Source: the human T2T-CHM13v2.0 reference genome, Homo sapiens
Assembly (NCBI RefSeq): GCF_009914755.1
Contig: NC_060934.1
Direction: 5' to 3' (one strand)
Length of the DNA stretch: 64,000 nt
A program made the position numbers and the translations under genes. Every line of letters begins with the position of its first letter. The stretch's first letter is position 1. Below are positions 33,132-48,838 of this stretch, piece after piece. Below the pieces are notes generated by a model. That model was not told where the DNA came from and ran no database searches. It was given only the letters and a program-made list of their open reading frames with translations.

Positions 33132-33900
33132 TTAGTTCAACAAGTATTTTAAATGTTATTAAAACTGTGTCTTATTTTGTATTAGTAAAGTAGTAAGTAG
33201 ACAATACTAGAGCCTTTAATGGAGTTCAGTGACCCAGGGAGCACTAAGATTTTTGTCCCACTGGCAATTAACATTTATTGAGTGGCTTTGCATGTACTAA
33301 GTACTTTAACAAAATCCAATCAAGTACTAACTCTAACCTCTAAATGTGAAAAATATTTGGACTTGCACTGTTCTTTTAGAATTTTGTAAAATGGAAAATA
33401 GCTGCTTGAAAATAAGCAAAATTGACAATGTTAAATTTCCCACTTGTAAAAGAATTAGCTGTTAGGAAAGTCATAGAGTATAAAACTTAAAAGGCTTAAA
33501 CAGTTGATAATTAAGCAACTCTTCTGGCTATATTAGATTGAAAAATTTGATTTAAAATGAAAAGTTCCTCTCTAACCTAGGTCACCTGTGACTTTTCAGA
33601 TTTTCATGTGCTTCAAAGCTAGGATTAGTGAGCAGAGAGAGGCTAAGTGTGAGCAAACCATGATTGCTTTGTTGTGGTTAATAATTTTCACAGTGTTTTG
33701 CTAACTCACATAATGAAAATAAAGCAGAAAGTAGTGTTCTAAGAAGCCACCGACGTTCTTTGACCTTCTTGACTTCTATGATTTCTGTTTTGGAAACTTG
33801 AACTCTTTTACCATACCCTGATTGTAGAACTGACCAGTTTTTATTTATTGCCATTGTTACTGAAGATCAATTAGTGAATTGTTTAGTAGCATTGAATCTA

Positions 33901-34242
<342 letters not shown>

Positions 34243-35894
34243 TACTACTGACTCAACATTGTCTTATCAATGCTGTTAAATGATATTAAACATATTGGCA
34301 AATACAAGTTACTTCTAACTCTTAATGCTCTTAATCCTCCTTTTTTAGAAACATTAATTCAGTATATAAACAGATGCCAGTTTTTACTCTGTTGTATCTC
34401 TGTTATGTTTTCTTCTGATGGGCAAGACAGAACAATAGATAAGATATTTTGTGGGATGACATTTGAAATTTTCAAGGGAGAAGTCCATGAAGAATGGTGT
34501 CTGGAAATTTACCAACATCTCTAAAAATCAATAGCAGAGAGGGATTTAGTTCAATTTTCCTTATTTTGACAAATCAAGTGAGCCAGGCAGCCTTATGACT
34601 TGCAGGCCATACAAGTTTGCTACTTTGAGGAAGTAGCTTTTGTGGCAAGTCTGACATTTTTGTGAGAAGGCAGGTAGAAGAGAAAGAAGAGGGGCGAGAA
34701 CAGATAGCTACACACATACAATCAAGACACAACTTGTTAGCCCTTTCATTAATTGTTGCTACTTCTGTTTCCCACCATTCCCTCTACCCCAACATGCTAA
34801 ATACTCATCCATAAGTTTGTTTGTTTATTTGTTTATTTTTTATCAGTAAGTTTGGATAGCAGCATTCTTATTAAATATAAAGCAAGGGGAAAGTTTTTAC
34901 ATTCAAGGAGCTTACAATATTCTAAGTATTTATCACTTTCAGTTTCCTAGGCTGTAATAACTCATCAACCTTAGCATTTTTGGATTTTTAATAAATACCC
35001 TTATTTTTTATTTTGAAAATTTTCAAATCTATGTAGAAGTGAAAGAATAATGCAGTAGACATTGAAATTACCTTTACCTAGATTCAGTAGTTGTTAACAT
35101 TTTTCCAGTCTTTTTTTTTTTTTTTTTTTTTGCACTGAGCCATTTGAGCCATCATTGACACTTCATTCATAAAAAGTTCATAATGTGCCTCCTATGGACA
35201 TTCTTCTACATAATAATACAATTTTTATACTCAATAAATTTATCTTAGTTGATAGTAGTATATAGTTAAATTATAGTCTATTGAAAAATATAGTGAGATA
35301 CTTGTTAACTCAAGGAAAATTGTATTTTTTTCTGCCTGCCTCAATGGAAAATACATTTTACCCATTGAAGAAAAGTCTGAGGGGAAAGTGTGTACTTTTT
35401 ATTCTGTGAACATGAGTGGTATATGTCTGTTATAGGGCAGGAAGAAATAATCATGCTAGAAGTAAGGATCCTGCATCAATGGGAATGTGTCACAAAATAT
35501 CCGTTTACATTTCTGCCTCAAAGAATATTTCATTTGTGCTGTGCATGTGAATATATTTACATGCCTTGTGTTTTTGTCATTATCGTTTGCAAACATTTCT
35601 AGATAGTTTTGTCAGTAAGAAATAAGGTAGTATGTGCCGGGTACCATAGGAACTATTTATTAGATTTGATTCTTAATAATTTTTCTCATTCTCCTATTCT
35701 CATACTCATGAACTTCCCAGCTTAATTGTTGGAAGGAAATAGATAGTTTTGATATTTCTCAGTTTTACTTTTGACCTCATGCTCATAGTTGCTGTAGGGT
35801 AAACATTTAGGTGATTATTTGTCAAAATTGCTCCGACTTTGCTTTGAAAGAGAAACACAGGTGCCCTTCTGGACTTCTTCATCAGTTTGATTAG

Positions 35895-36195
<301 letters not shown>

Positions 36196-37377
36196 TGGTT
36201 AGTATTTTTTAGTGGGATAACAAAATGAAGTTAACAGTACTTTTGGTCAGTAGTTATTCCCTACTACTTTCCATACGTGTTCCGTTTCTGTTGTTGGTTT
36301 TTTTTTTTTCCCCAAGTGGTGACATGGTACTAGACTCCAGAGAATAATCTGCCCTTTAACAGCTCAGTATTGAGACCAGAACTTGAATGTTGTACATACA
36401 ATTCTATTCCTAGATTCAGTGCCCATTCTGCTAACTGAAATGGATTTTTCCTTTATTTCTAAAGCATTGTCCCATTTTTTGTTAACTTTGTAACTTCTTT
36501 GTGATCATTACTTCTGTTTAAGAGAAGTGATGGGTTCCTATATTGTAGGAAACAAACTACAACGGGAACAAAGATCCATGACAAAAGTCAAATAGGTTTG
36601 TAAGACTTTTTTTTTTTTTTTTAACTAAAACTTTTGGTCTTCAAGGCCTGCATGAAGTACGAGGATCAACATTTTCTTAATGGAATGCACCCTTCATATA
36701 AAATGTAATTAAGTAATCAGCAAATTTTAAATTTCATCTGGTGTTTAAATATTATGATTTATTTGTGAGAAAGTTTTTGAATAATGTGTATTCCTTCTAG
36801 AAAACTGGTTTAAAAACCAATTGGTTTATGTAAGTCTGGAGAATGAAAGTGACCCATTCCTATCTTTCTTTCCAGTCTCAATAAGATTGATATGCATGCC
36901 TGAGTTCTTAATATGAAATTGATCTCCTCATCAAAAGGAAACAAACAAGCATGCTTTTCTGCTTGACTTTTACTCCACAATGTTTAGGGTGGCAGCATAT
37001 TATATTTAGAAAGTTCCTCACAACAATTTCTTGAAAATCTTAACTTTACAAGGATAGAATATCTCTCTAGGCTGTGAGGAAACAAAGTTAAGCCCTTTGT
37101 CATACACACAAAAATGTCAACTTCAACTCAGCTGGTATTAAAAGCCCATGGCAACATCAAATCCAACAAAAGGTATTACAGGGTTCTTGCTTTTTTCAAG
37201 TGCACATGGAACATTTTCCAACTGACCACAGTTAGGCCATAAAGCAAGTCCTAATACATTTCAAGGGATTTAAATCATACAGAGTATGTTCTCTAACCAC
37301 AGTGGAATTAAGATAGAAATTACATTTTCACTGGAAAATCTTCTGGTATTTGAAATGTGCATCAAAGAAGAAATAAC

Positions 37378-37663
<286 letters not shown>

Positions 37664-38075
37664 ATAAGGAAATAACAACCAAGACTACAGATCAAGAAAA
37701 AGTAGTCATAGTTTACCAATACCAGGAACAACAAAAAAAGGCAATGCCACCACACATTCTATGGCCATTAAAAAGTTATGAGGGTATTCTGAACAACTTT
37801 ATGTCAACACATTTAAAATTTCACACAAAATGGACAAATTCCTAGAGTAACATGACTTACCAAAAACCAACACTAAACTTGATAATAAAAAGACAACCCA
37901 GTGTAAAAATGGGCAAAAGTTCTGAATAGGCATTTTTCCAGTGAAGACATAAAGGTGGTCAGTAAGCATATGAAAAGATGCTCAACATCATTACTTATAA
38001 GAGAAATGGAAATCAAAGCCACGATGAGATACCATTTAACATCCACTAAGATAGGTATAATCAAAAAGACAGATA

Positions 38076-38235
38076 GGACTGGGTGAAGTGGCTGCCACCT
38101 GTAATCCCAGCACTTTGAGAGGCCAAGGCCGGAGGATTGCTTAGAGCCCAGGAGGTCAAAGCTGCAGTGAGTCTTGACTGTGCCACCATACTCAGCCTGG
38201 GCAACACAGTGAGACCCTGTCTCAAAAAAAAAAAA
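38076..38235 (+). mobile_element. FRAM / monomeric Alu
   Basis: Single right-arm-like monomer with A tail. Confidence 0.85.
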
Positions 38236-39161
38236 TGACAGTATCAAGTGTTGGTAAGGATATAGAGAAATTGGAACCCTCACTGTAAATGTAAATGTAA
38301 TGTAAAATATTGCAGCTACTTTATATAAATACTCGTATGGCGATTCCTCACAATGTTATCAGAGTTCCCATGGGACCCCACAATTCTACTCCTAGATAGC
38401 TATCCAAGAAGAAGGAAAATATATGTTCACACAAAAACTTGTACATAAATGTCTATAGCAGCATTATTCATAATAGCTAAAAAGTGGAAACAACCCAAAT
38501 GGTCATTGACTGATGAGTGGATAAACAAAATGTCATATATCCATACAATGGAATATTATTTGGCAATAAAAAGGAATTAAGTACCAATATGTGCTACAAC
38601 ATAGATAAGCCTTGAAAACATCATGCTAAGTGAAAGAAGGCAGTCACAAAAAGACCACAAATTGGGCCCCGTGCATGCTTAGAAAATACAGAAGATGGTA
38701 GTGATGTTAGTAATGGAGTTCTTTCTTTATATGCAAATAAGCATCTGCTGGTCTCTCAACTGTGTAAAGTTGTGACTTAGAATTGCTTGCTAAGAGACTG
38801 GTCCCCATGTGATCCCTAAACAGACAGGAGAGGTCAGCTGGAGTCATAGACAGAGTGGGCTGAGGACCATTCTGGGTTGAGTGTTTTCAGTTTTGAATTA
38901 TATGTGAAAATCATCTTAACTCTCTTATTTGATCTTCCCTTTTATACTGCACTAAGACCTTTAATGACTATTATTCTTTGGTATTAATCTTAATGTGTTC
39001 ATTATGTGAAGTTACACCTTGGCATGGCTTTGTTAAGGATATTTTTAAAAATCAAGCAAATAAAAATAAATCCCCTTAGCTAAAGGTAGAGAAAGAGAAT
39101 AGAGGCTATCAAAATTGGTGCATTTGTATGAAGCCAAAGAGTTAAAGACAAGTAAGACTTA

Positions 39162-39432
39162 GGGCCAGCACAGTGCCTCACGGCTGTAATCCCAGCACTT
39201 TGGGAGGCCGAGTTGGGAGGATTGCTTGAGGTCAGGAGTTCAAGACCAGCCCTGGCAACATAGCCAAACCTCATCTCCACAAAAATTAAAAAACTTAGCC
39301 AAGCATGGTGGCATATCCCAGCTACTCAGGAGGCTGAGGCAGGAGGATCACTTGAGCCCAGGAGGTCAAGGATGCAATGAGCTAGGATCATACTGCTGCA
39401 CTCCAGCATTGATGGCAGAGTGAGACCCTGTC
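39162..39432 (+). mobile_element. AluJ
   Basis: Dimer with eroded tail. Confidence 0.9.
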
Positions 39433-39573
39433 CTCCCTTAGTCACCCCAAAAAGGGCTTTATGAATGCTCTAAAATCTCCAATTAATGGAATGTGATTTG
39501 TTGTTCTTACGGTATTCCTACTGGATACAATCTGGAAGGAATGAAGGAATCTTACTAGTCAGCTGTTACATGA

Positions 39574-39924
<351 letters not shown>

Positions 39925-41189
39925 TAAGACAATTATGTTAGAAATGTAGGTAGCATGTTTATTTTATTTGTAATTAGGTAAAATAACTTACAGTAAATGG
40001 AAAAAGAATTCGAAAACAAAACCAGCTACTTTGCTAAAGCTTTCTCTTTTTGTATTTTTTTCTTTTCATGGTATGAGTTTCACACTCAAACAACACATGG
40101 GAGGGTAGAGAGTGATTTTTATAGCAGCTGTTGTATCCCTCTCATTGCAGGGGAATAAGAAAGGTCTATAGTTATTTATATTTGTGAGTGGTAACTGCAT
40201 TCTTTTTATTATTAACTGAAGCTAGAGCAAAAATGAAAATCACACAAAGCATACTTCTTGATTTGAAATTGTTTACTTCATTAATGCAAAGAAGATTTGG
40301 GATGACTTCTCACCAGCATTTCTTTCCCCCTTTTTATTTTAGGCTTACCTGAGAAAAAAGTTAAGTCTGTAAGTCAAGGTCAAAATACAGTAGCAACATG
40401 GGAGTGTACATTACTGAAATTTTTTCTGTACTGATCTTTTTTTATTCTATCCTAGCTTTTCTGATGCCTTTTAAAGGTTACAGAAAATTAAATAAATCTG
40501 TTATATTTCACCTTAAAAAAGAGAAGAATACAACAGGGCACAATTGGGTCAGTAGATATTTATAATTCTTTTTCTCCCTTAATTTTTTATTTTGAAAAAG
40601 TTCAAACTACAGAAAAATTGCAGAAAGACTACAAAGTACAGTCTTATACCCATTACCTAGATTCACCAGTTACTCATCTTTTGCCACATTTGCTTTATTT
40701 CTCTCTACCTATGTACATACACATGTGTATATGCATACATAAGCATATTATTTATTGTTTCCTGATCTGACAGTGTCAGGCATCTTAATCTTTCACCTCT
40801 AAACATCTCAGCCATGTTTTTTCTAAGAACAATAACATCCTCTTGCTCTTCTACAAAATACAAAATTTGTTTTTAATTTTTCCAGAATCCTATTACCTGT
40901 GTTTTATCAGTATTCAAGAACAAAGGAAGCAGAGAGAGAAATTAATAGCAACCACCCACTTCCTAAGTTATTCACCACCCTGCATCTTCCAGAAGCCAAG
41001 TGGGAAAACAAAGGTTGATTTTTCAAACCAAATAAATACAAAGTAATTGATAGACAAGGCCCCATAGCATTAAGTAGGCCCAATTTCTTACTCTATCACG
41101 TATGGTTGAACTGTTTCTCTAAACTACTTTGTAGTGTGTGTCTTGTGTGTCAGGAAATAATGTATTTGTATTTATTTTCATGAATTAAT

Positions 41190-41335
41190 AGACTTTCAGA
41201 GTTGGAAGGGCCTTACAATGTGTGTTGTATAACCCGTGCATTTTACAGATGAGAACTAAGATTCAAGGTCATGCAACTAGAGATGAGACTAGAATCTAGC
41301 CTTTGAAACTCAACGCATTGGTTTCTGCTATGTCA
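41190..41335 (-). mobile_element. MIR/MIR3
   Basis: cattttacagatgag...aaggtcatgcaactag. Confidence 0.6.
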
Positions 41336-41457
41336 TGTTTCCTCTCTATGAGCCCTAGTTGCTTATGCTGGGGTCTCGTTGAATAATGGTGAAGGGTCTG
41401 ACAATACTGTTCCTAGCTAACTAATGCATCCCTTTGAACTTATTTGCGTGAACTATG

Positions 41458-41625
41458 GTAGTGCTTCTCAAACTTTAATGTGCATGTGAATTTCCTGGTG
41501 ACCTTGTTAAAATGCAGATTCTGATTCAGTAAGTCAGAGGTGGGGTTAGAGGTTAGAATCGACATTCTAACAAGCTCCCAGGTGATGCTGATGCCCCAGG
41601 TCCATGGACTACATTTCGAGTAGCC
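41458..41625. mobile_element. MER5A/B
   Basis: ttctcaaacttt...aaatgcagattctgattcagta...aacaagctcccaggtgatgctgatgc. Confidence 0.85.
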
Positions 41626-42066
41626 ATTTTCTAGAACAAACACAGATTTCTCAGGCCCTAGGCATCATCAAAGTAGAAAAAAACACTTAAAAATATAAGC
41701 TACTTCAGTTCTATAAGGAATAGACACAAATGTAACTAACACCTGTTTATCCATCACCAAACCAAAATAAAATATTTTTAAAAGTGCTTTGTATTTTCCT
41801 AACTTTTATGGCACTTTAAGAAGGAAGTTTTATCTCAATATGTTATTATAGATGCAACTGTTTCCCCAATATTGTTATGTCAGCAAATGCATTGAGATTC
41901 CACAGGCTTTAATGGCACTGTGTAAGGAAATATGAATTCAGGTGATGAAAAGAACCATTGCCAAACTGAACTGTCTATCAAAAAGGGCAGCCAAATGAAG
42001 TTCTATTTTTACTCTCAATAAAATTCTTTAAGCCAACTACATTTATTCATTTAACAGATACAGTAC

Positions 42067-42497
42067 AGTGGTTCCCCCTCACCTGCTGTTTCACTTTTTG
42101 TGGTTTTCATTACCCACAGTCAGCTGTAGTCTGAAAATATTAAATGAAAAATTCTAGAAATAATTAAGTTTTAAATGGTGCACTGTCCTGAGTAGTATGG
42201 TGAGATCTCACACCATCCTACACTCTCCCACTCTGTCCCACCCAAGACGTAAATCATCCCACGTACAGTACAATAAGATATTTTAAGAGACCACATTTGT
42301 GTAACTTTTATTACAATATATTGTTGTAATTATTCTATTTTATTATTGTTAATCTCTTACTGTGCCTAATTTATAAATTAAACTTTATCCATAGGTATGT
42401 GTTTATATGAAAAAACATAGTTTGGTACTGTCAGTGGCTTCAGGCATCCATTGAGAGTCTTAGAACATATCCCTCACAGATAACGGGGGAATAGTTA
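42067..42497 (+). mobile_element. MER44 (Tigger7 derivative)
   Basis: cagtggttccccct...ctgaaaatattaaatg...gataacggggga. Confidence 0.8.
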
Positions 42498-44411
42498 GAG
42501 TTTCTGTTCCCATGGAGTTTACATTCTGACTTTATTCCCTTACATCTAAATCTGTATGCTGCTTTGAATTGCATAAATGATTGTTAAAAGGTACAAATGC
42601 TAGGTTTTATGTGACAATGAGTCCTTTAAGTAAAGATCTTTGCATTTGGGTTTTTAGTTTTTGAAAAGTAATAGTGAACAATACATTCAATGACCATCTC
42701 AATACAACACGGAATGCATTTGTACCTACATCAGTCAAAAATAAGCAGCCCTTTAATATATATGGAGAAATTTGTATTCTGTATCAAAAAATGCTTATGG
42801 AAATCATAATTACTTTTATTTATCAGAGTAGCTTAGCAGTAAAACAACAAATCTTCAAATGTTTTTTACATTGGTATCTAAAGAGATACTTTTTTAAAAC
42901 CTTATATTTCTACCTTTAACATCATAAGATGTTTATTTTGCATATTATCTCTGTTTCTAGATAGTTGTGGTTTTTGAAATGTGTTATAGTAATTAAATTT
43001 TTTATGTTGAGTCAATCTCTTATGGATATTGAAGTTTTGAGTTTATATTTCTGTAGAATATTAGTCATTCAAGTGTTATCATGTTTATATTGTCACTTTC
43101 CTTAAGTGAAACCAGCCTTGTGAAATAGTTTTATTGTTATCATTGTTGCATTATTTTTAATTTAACAGATGAAGAAACAGAGACTTAGAAGTGGAAATTC
43201 AAGGTAGTGAGTTGTGGAAGTGGGCCCAAGTCTTCCCACTCCAGTGTTTTCCCCCACTATCCAATGTCCAGGGTTTAAAGCCACAGACCTTATTTAGTAT
43301 ATTGGTAGATTAGAAGTAGTAAATGTTGCTGATATGATGCTTCAACAACTTTACTGTATCAGGGATATAGAAAAAAACTGATCCCAAGTTGTGGAAGCTG
43401 TTATAGGTGTGTCTTGCATTAGACCAACTGAAATAGTTTACACTGCTAATTGGAGTATCTGTATAAGCACTGAATTTTGGAGACAGGTTTGGCAAAGTTG
43501 CTGAAACATGGGTACTCTGGTCTTAGAAAAGAAATTTTTGGAACATTATTGAAAGGGGTTCATTTTTTATAAGCATTCCATGTTGTGCTAAGGGAAATGT
43601 AACAGGGAGATACAAGTGGTCATATCCAAACTTAAGGCAGAGTGAGGCTATTTATAATAAGATTTTAGCCATGGACAAATATATAGATACAGTGTTCCAT
43701 CTAAAGCTGTTTGATGTAGTTAATATAGTTTAGTTTGAGGTAGCTAATAGGTGTTTGTTTCTTAATGAAATTAGATCCCAAGATTTTCTTAAAGGGAACT
43801 AGGTTAATAAGGAAATAACTTTCCCTCTCTTTCTCTTTCTCTCTCCCCCTGCCACTCCCTCCCTTCCTCCCCCTCAGCATTCCCCTTCCTTTAGCCTGAT
43901 GTCTAACTGGCTGTAAATATTTGGGGGCTATTGACAGGTTATTTAGATTTGACAATCCTCCCAAGTTTCTGGAAGGAGTATACTGTTGAGTTTGCTCTTT
44001 TGAACTATGAAAGATGAATTAGGTATAGTTGAATAATTTATGATCATAGTAAGGAATTTAAAAGTAAATTTTGACTTGAATTTAATAATTTTCTGAGGAC
44101 ATAAAATATCTTTTTTATCATTCTAATTTTTATTGGCTTAAATCTTATGTTTTGGAGAAATAAAGTTACAGTGTTTTGTAACCTGACTCTAAATTGATAA
44201 CACTAGGGATTAAGATCAAAGGTAAATGATTATAATACTGTGGCAGACGTTATACTTTCTTTTAGTTCCAAGTCCCTGATTTTCCTTAAAGTTCTCAAGT
44301 TACTTATTAAAGATATGGACTGGTACCAAAAGAATAAACTTGCTGTTTCTTTTCAAGGAACTATGGGAGCACCAAATCACCTTATTCATTTGGCACCAAT
44401 ATTTCTAGGGA

Positions 44412-44766
<355 letters not shown>

Positions 44767-45404
44767 TTAACTTTAATCTTTGTATCTGCCAAGATTTAAC
44801 TTAATTAACTTTACTTAACTTTAATCTTGGTATCTGCCTATGAAATTTAAATATATAAATATCACATATCATTTGCCTGAATGTTTTTGCTGACTTTTCT
44901 TTCTTTTTTAACTTCTTGATATATTTTTCAAACTTTCAGCCTCAGTCAAATATTTATTAAAAGCTTCCAAGGAAAGTAAAGGGTAAAAAAAAAAAACCTA
45001 AACAGTAAAGGAAAAAAACTTTTACAAACTTACTATTTTCTTGTGACATGTTAAAAATACAAAATTTAAACCATGAAATATTTTCAATTTAGGGGAATTA
45101 TGGAAGAGTTTAGAATAGCAATGGTTCTTTGATCTTGAGCTCTTACAATTGCTTCCTTGGTTTTTGTTTTTTGTTTGTTGTTGCCATATTTCAAGGAAAA
45201 AAGGCAAGAGCAAAATAATTTTTGTTTTTGTTGTCTTTAGTAGATTCTAAGCTTCTGGAAAGTTTAAAGAAATAAAAGGACTTACATGTGTGTTTGTAAA
45301 TACTTAATATGTAGTATTTTATAATTGCCAGTGTCATTATAGAAGTAGGCGGGAAGGACTTTGAGAAAGTGAGTTGTCCCAAAACTACAGAAACTGTTCT
45401 ATAA

Positions 45405-45640
45405 GCAAGGATCAACAAACATTTTCTTAAAGGGCCAGATGGTAAATATTTGATACTTTGTGGGCCGTGTGGTCTCTGTTGCAGCTACTCAACTCTTGCA
45501 GCTATATACCAACCACTCAGTTTTGCTGTTGTGATGTGAAAGTAGTTGAGTGGGGTATAGAGAGTAAGTAAATGAATGAGCTTTGTTATGTTCTAATAAA
45601 ATTTATTTACAAAAACAGGCAGCCAGCTTGCCAACCCATG
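45405..45640. mobile_element. MER58A
   Basis: aaagggccagatggtaaatattt...atttacaaaaacaggcagc. Confidence 0.8.
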
Positions 45641-46894
45641 TTCTATATCATCTAACAAATATTACTCATAACCAGCCATGTATTAATGTGGTTCACTGCC
45701 CCACAAAAACATCTTTTATTATTGTCAAGGATAATTTATGAACTCATAGAGGACAGAGGATTTCTGTTGTAAAACGGCCCAGTGTATGTATATTGAAGTG
45801 ATATGATGGTTGGGATTTCCTTTTAAGAGATACGGAAGGGGAAAAACTGGGTGGCTGTAGATGAACTGAATTTGATAAAATGTTGATAAATATAGAAGCA
45901 GATGATAGGTTCATGAGATTTCTTCACACTGTGCTTCCTACTGTATGTGTCTGAAGATGTCAGTATTTAAAAGTTACTACATAAACAAATAATGGCCCAG
46001 TAAAGGCAGCAGTTTCTCCCTTCTCTTCTCACATCTTAGAATAGGAAGGAGAATAAGATAAAAATACAGACCCCATCTTCAGCACAACTAGGGAGATCTC
46101 TGCAATTCCAAAACACTAATTATATAAAGGAAGGTTGCCAGATCCAGTGAAGGTCAAGTAGAGGTGTGTGGGGAAACCCTGAGGAATGACACCTGTGGTC
46201 GCAGATCCCCAACAAAGCCAGCCAAACACAGTTCTCCAAAGGAAGCTGCCGACCTCAGACTTCTCCAAAGCAGTATTCAACACTGATTCTTTCCCTTCCA
46301 AATCCTCAAGGAAAGATTAATTTAGAAATTAACATGCCAAGCTGCAGGAAATTTAGCTCTCATGAGTCCTACTTCTACAGGAAGATGTGCAGCCAACCAA
46401 GAAATGAAAGGAGAAACTACAGCTAAAGTATTGGCAGTGAACATAGAGTCCATTGATCTATAGCATTAAGACTAAAACAAATGTGGAAATTAGATTTACA
46501 GAGAAGAATATGAATCGTTAAAACCTTGACAGTGCAGTAATGAAAGTCGGAAAGATGAGGAAATAAATGATGTTGTCATGTTTTATAACAACCTGTCAAA
46601 AGATGTCATTTGAAATCAGTAAATCTAGTAAAATCTTAAGATTGGGGTGGAGGGGAGTCTGTAGTTGATACATAGATACGTAGGTTAGAGCGAAAGGTAA
46701 ATGCTAAGAGAAATAATCTAATAAACGAAACCGAATGGTAGAGGGAAAGAAAAAAGAAACATAGCTGTATTAATCATTGCTGACGATAGAGATAGGATTT
46801 TTATATGTTACAGTATATTTTATATAAAATTATAGTTATAACATAAACTATAAAATATAGGGTTGGTTTTTGTTTTGTTTTGTTTTGTTTTTTG

Positions 46895-47350
46895 CCTAAC
46901 ATGTATTTGATGAGGACTTGTTATTTGTCAAGCACTGTCAGTGACCAAAACAGATGAAAATTTTTGCTTCGTGGGTTGGAGGAGACAAAAATAAGTAAAT
47001 AATTTGTTAAGAGGTGTTAAATGTATGGGGGGAAAATACAGCATAAAAGGATTCGGAGTACCCATTGATGAGATTGCTTTTTTTGAAGTGGATGAGTAGA
47101 GCAAATATTTGAAGGAACTGAGGGAGCCATGTAGTTATCTAGAGAAACAGTATTCTAAGCAAAGGTAATCGCTATTGCAAAGGCCCTGAAGCAAAAATGT
47201 AGCTGAGTTCAAGAAACAGGGAAGAGTCTAAAGGGGTAAAGCACAGTAATGTAGGAGGGAGAGTGGTAAGCGATGAAGTCAGAGATAATGGGATATCAGA
47301 GAATATTAGACTTTCAAAGGCCGTTAAAAGAACTTTGACTTTTACTCTGA
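46895..47350 (-). mobile_element. L2 fragment
   Basis: gagggagccatgtagttatctag...gcaaaggccctga...actttgacttttactctga. Confidence 0.6.
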
Positions 47351-47434
47351 AGTAACTACTAGAACAAAAAAGTAAGCCTTTCTTAAGGAATATATATATA
47401 ACTAAAACAAAGCAAGCACAAATCTTTGAGTAAT

Positions 47435-47603
47435 TTTATTTTAATGTTTTTTAAGAGATGAGGTCTCACTCTGTTGCCCAGGCTGGAGTGCAACGGCACG
47501 ATCATAGATCACTGCAGCCTCTTCTAACTCCTGGGCTCAAGCAGTCCTCTCACTCAGCCTCCCAAAGTGCTGTGATTACCGGCGTGAACTACCATGCCTA
47601 GTC
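47435..47603 (-). mobile_element. FRAM / monomeric AluJ
   Basis: Single monomer. Confidence 0.85.
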
Positions 47604-48029
47604 ACTAGTAAAGTATTTTTACTTTAGAAAGCATAGCATAAAATTTCATAACTGATAAGAGATTACGTATGTATGTTATATTAATTAAAGTATGTAGGCT
47701 AATTCTCCTATTAAAACATTCCCAGATCAGATTACTAAGAAAATGAAAGCAAAGAAACTCAGAAAGGATAACAAAATTAAAGAACACACAAAGATATAAC
47801 AGGCATATGCAAACTCAAACGTGCAGGGATTGTGTTCCTAATATTGGACAAGACTTAGTCCAAAAACCATTACATGAGGAAAAAAGAGCCTACAGGATCT
47901 GCATGAAAACAACTTCAAAGTGCTTCTCAGAAATACAAACAGAGACTTAAATGGAAAGACTTAACAAGATTCTTTGGAAAAAATCAAAATCCTTTTTTAA
48001 CCCATGAAGTTAATACCTCAAAACAAAAC

Positions 48030-48285
48030 ATAGCTAATATTTATTGAGAATTTACTCTATGCCAGGCATGTTCTAAGGACTTTACATGTATTACTCATTT
48101 AGTCCTCACAACTACTTTATATGGGTGATGTTAGTACCACTTTTTGCCCATTTTTCAGTGAAGAAACCAAGGCACAAAGAAGGTAATAACTTGCCCAAGA
48201 GTTGCAGTTAAAGTTACTGAACCACAAAATGAACTCAGGCAAGATTATTTCAGATTCTGTGCTTTTAACCACTACATGATACTGT
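48030..48285 (-). mobile_element. MIR
   Basis: atttattgagaatttactctatgccaggca...aacttgcccaag...ttaaccact. Confidence 0.8.
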
Positions 48286-48301
48286 TTTTTGAAACCAATA
48301 G

Positions 48302-48304
<3 letters not shown>

Positions 48305-48352
<48 letters not shown>
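48305..48352. repeat. (TG)24 microsatellite
   Basis: Seen directly. Confidence 0.97.
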
Positions 48353-48354
<2 letters not shown>

Positions 48355-48705
48355 TAGATAAACTGACTCTGAAGTTCATGTGGAGAAACAAATAAACAAG
48401 AATAGCTGGGAGTTGTCTTAAAGAAAAGTAATAAGGGAAAACTAGCCCTACCAGATACTGAAATAAGACTAGAATGTTAGTTAAAACAATGTGGCTACTA
48501 GAGCATGAACAGAATAGAATTTCAGAAGTAGATCCAAATTCATGTAATTATTTGGAAAATTATAAAGATAGCATTTCAAATAAGAAAGGAAAAGATGTAT
48601 TATTCACTGTATGGGACAGCTATGTTGTCATTAGAGGGAAATTAGTTAGATTTCTACTTAGTAACTTTGACTAGAAGTAATTCCTAATGAATCAAAGATT
48701 TAAAA
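48353..48705 (+). mobile_element. Old L1M ORF2 fragment
   Basis: actagccctaccagata...aaacaatgtggcta...gaagtagatcca. Confidence 0.65.
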
Positions 48706-48838
48706 CGAAACTAGCTGTGAGCCAAGTCTCAAGTAATTTTTAAATTATTTATTTAAATTGTTTATAAATGTCAGTCTTACATTTCTGCATGCTCTTTTAA
48801 GTTGAAACGAGATGGAAATTAATGATAGTCATACAAAG

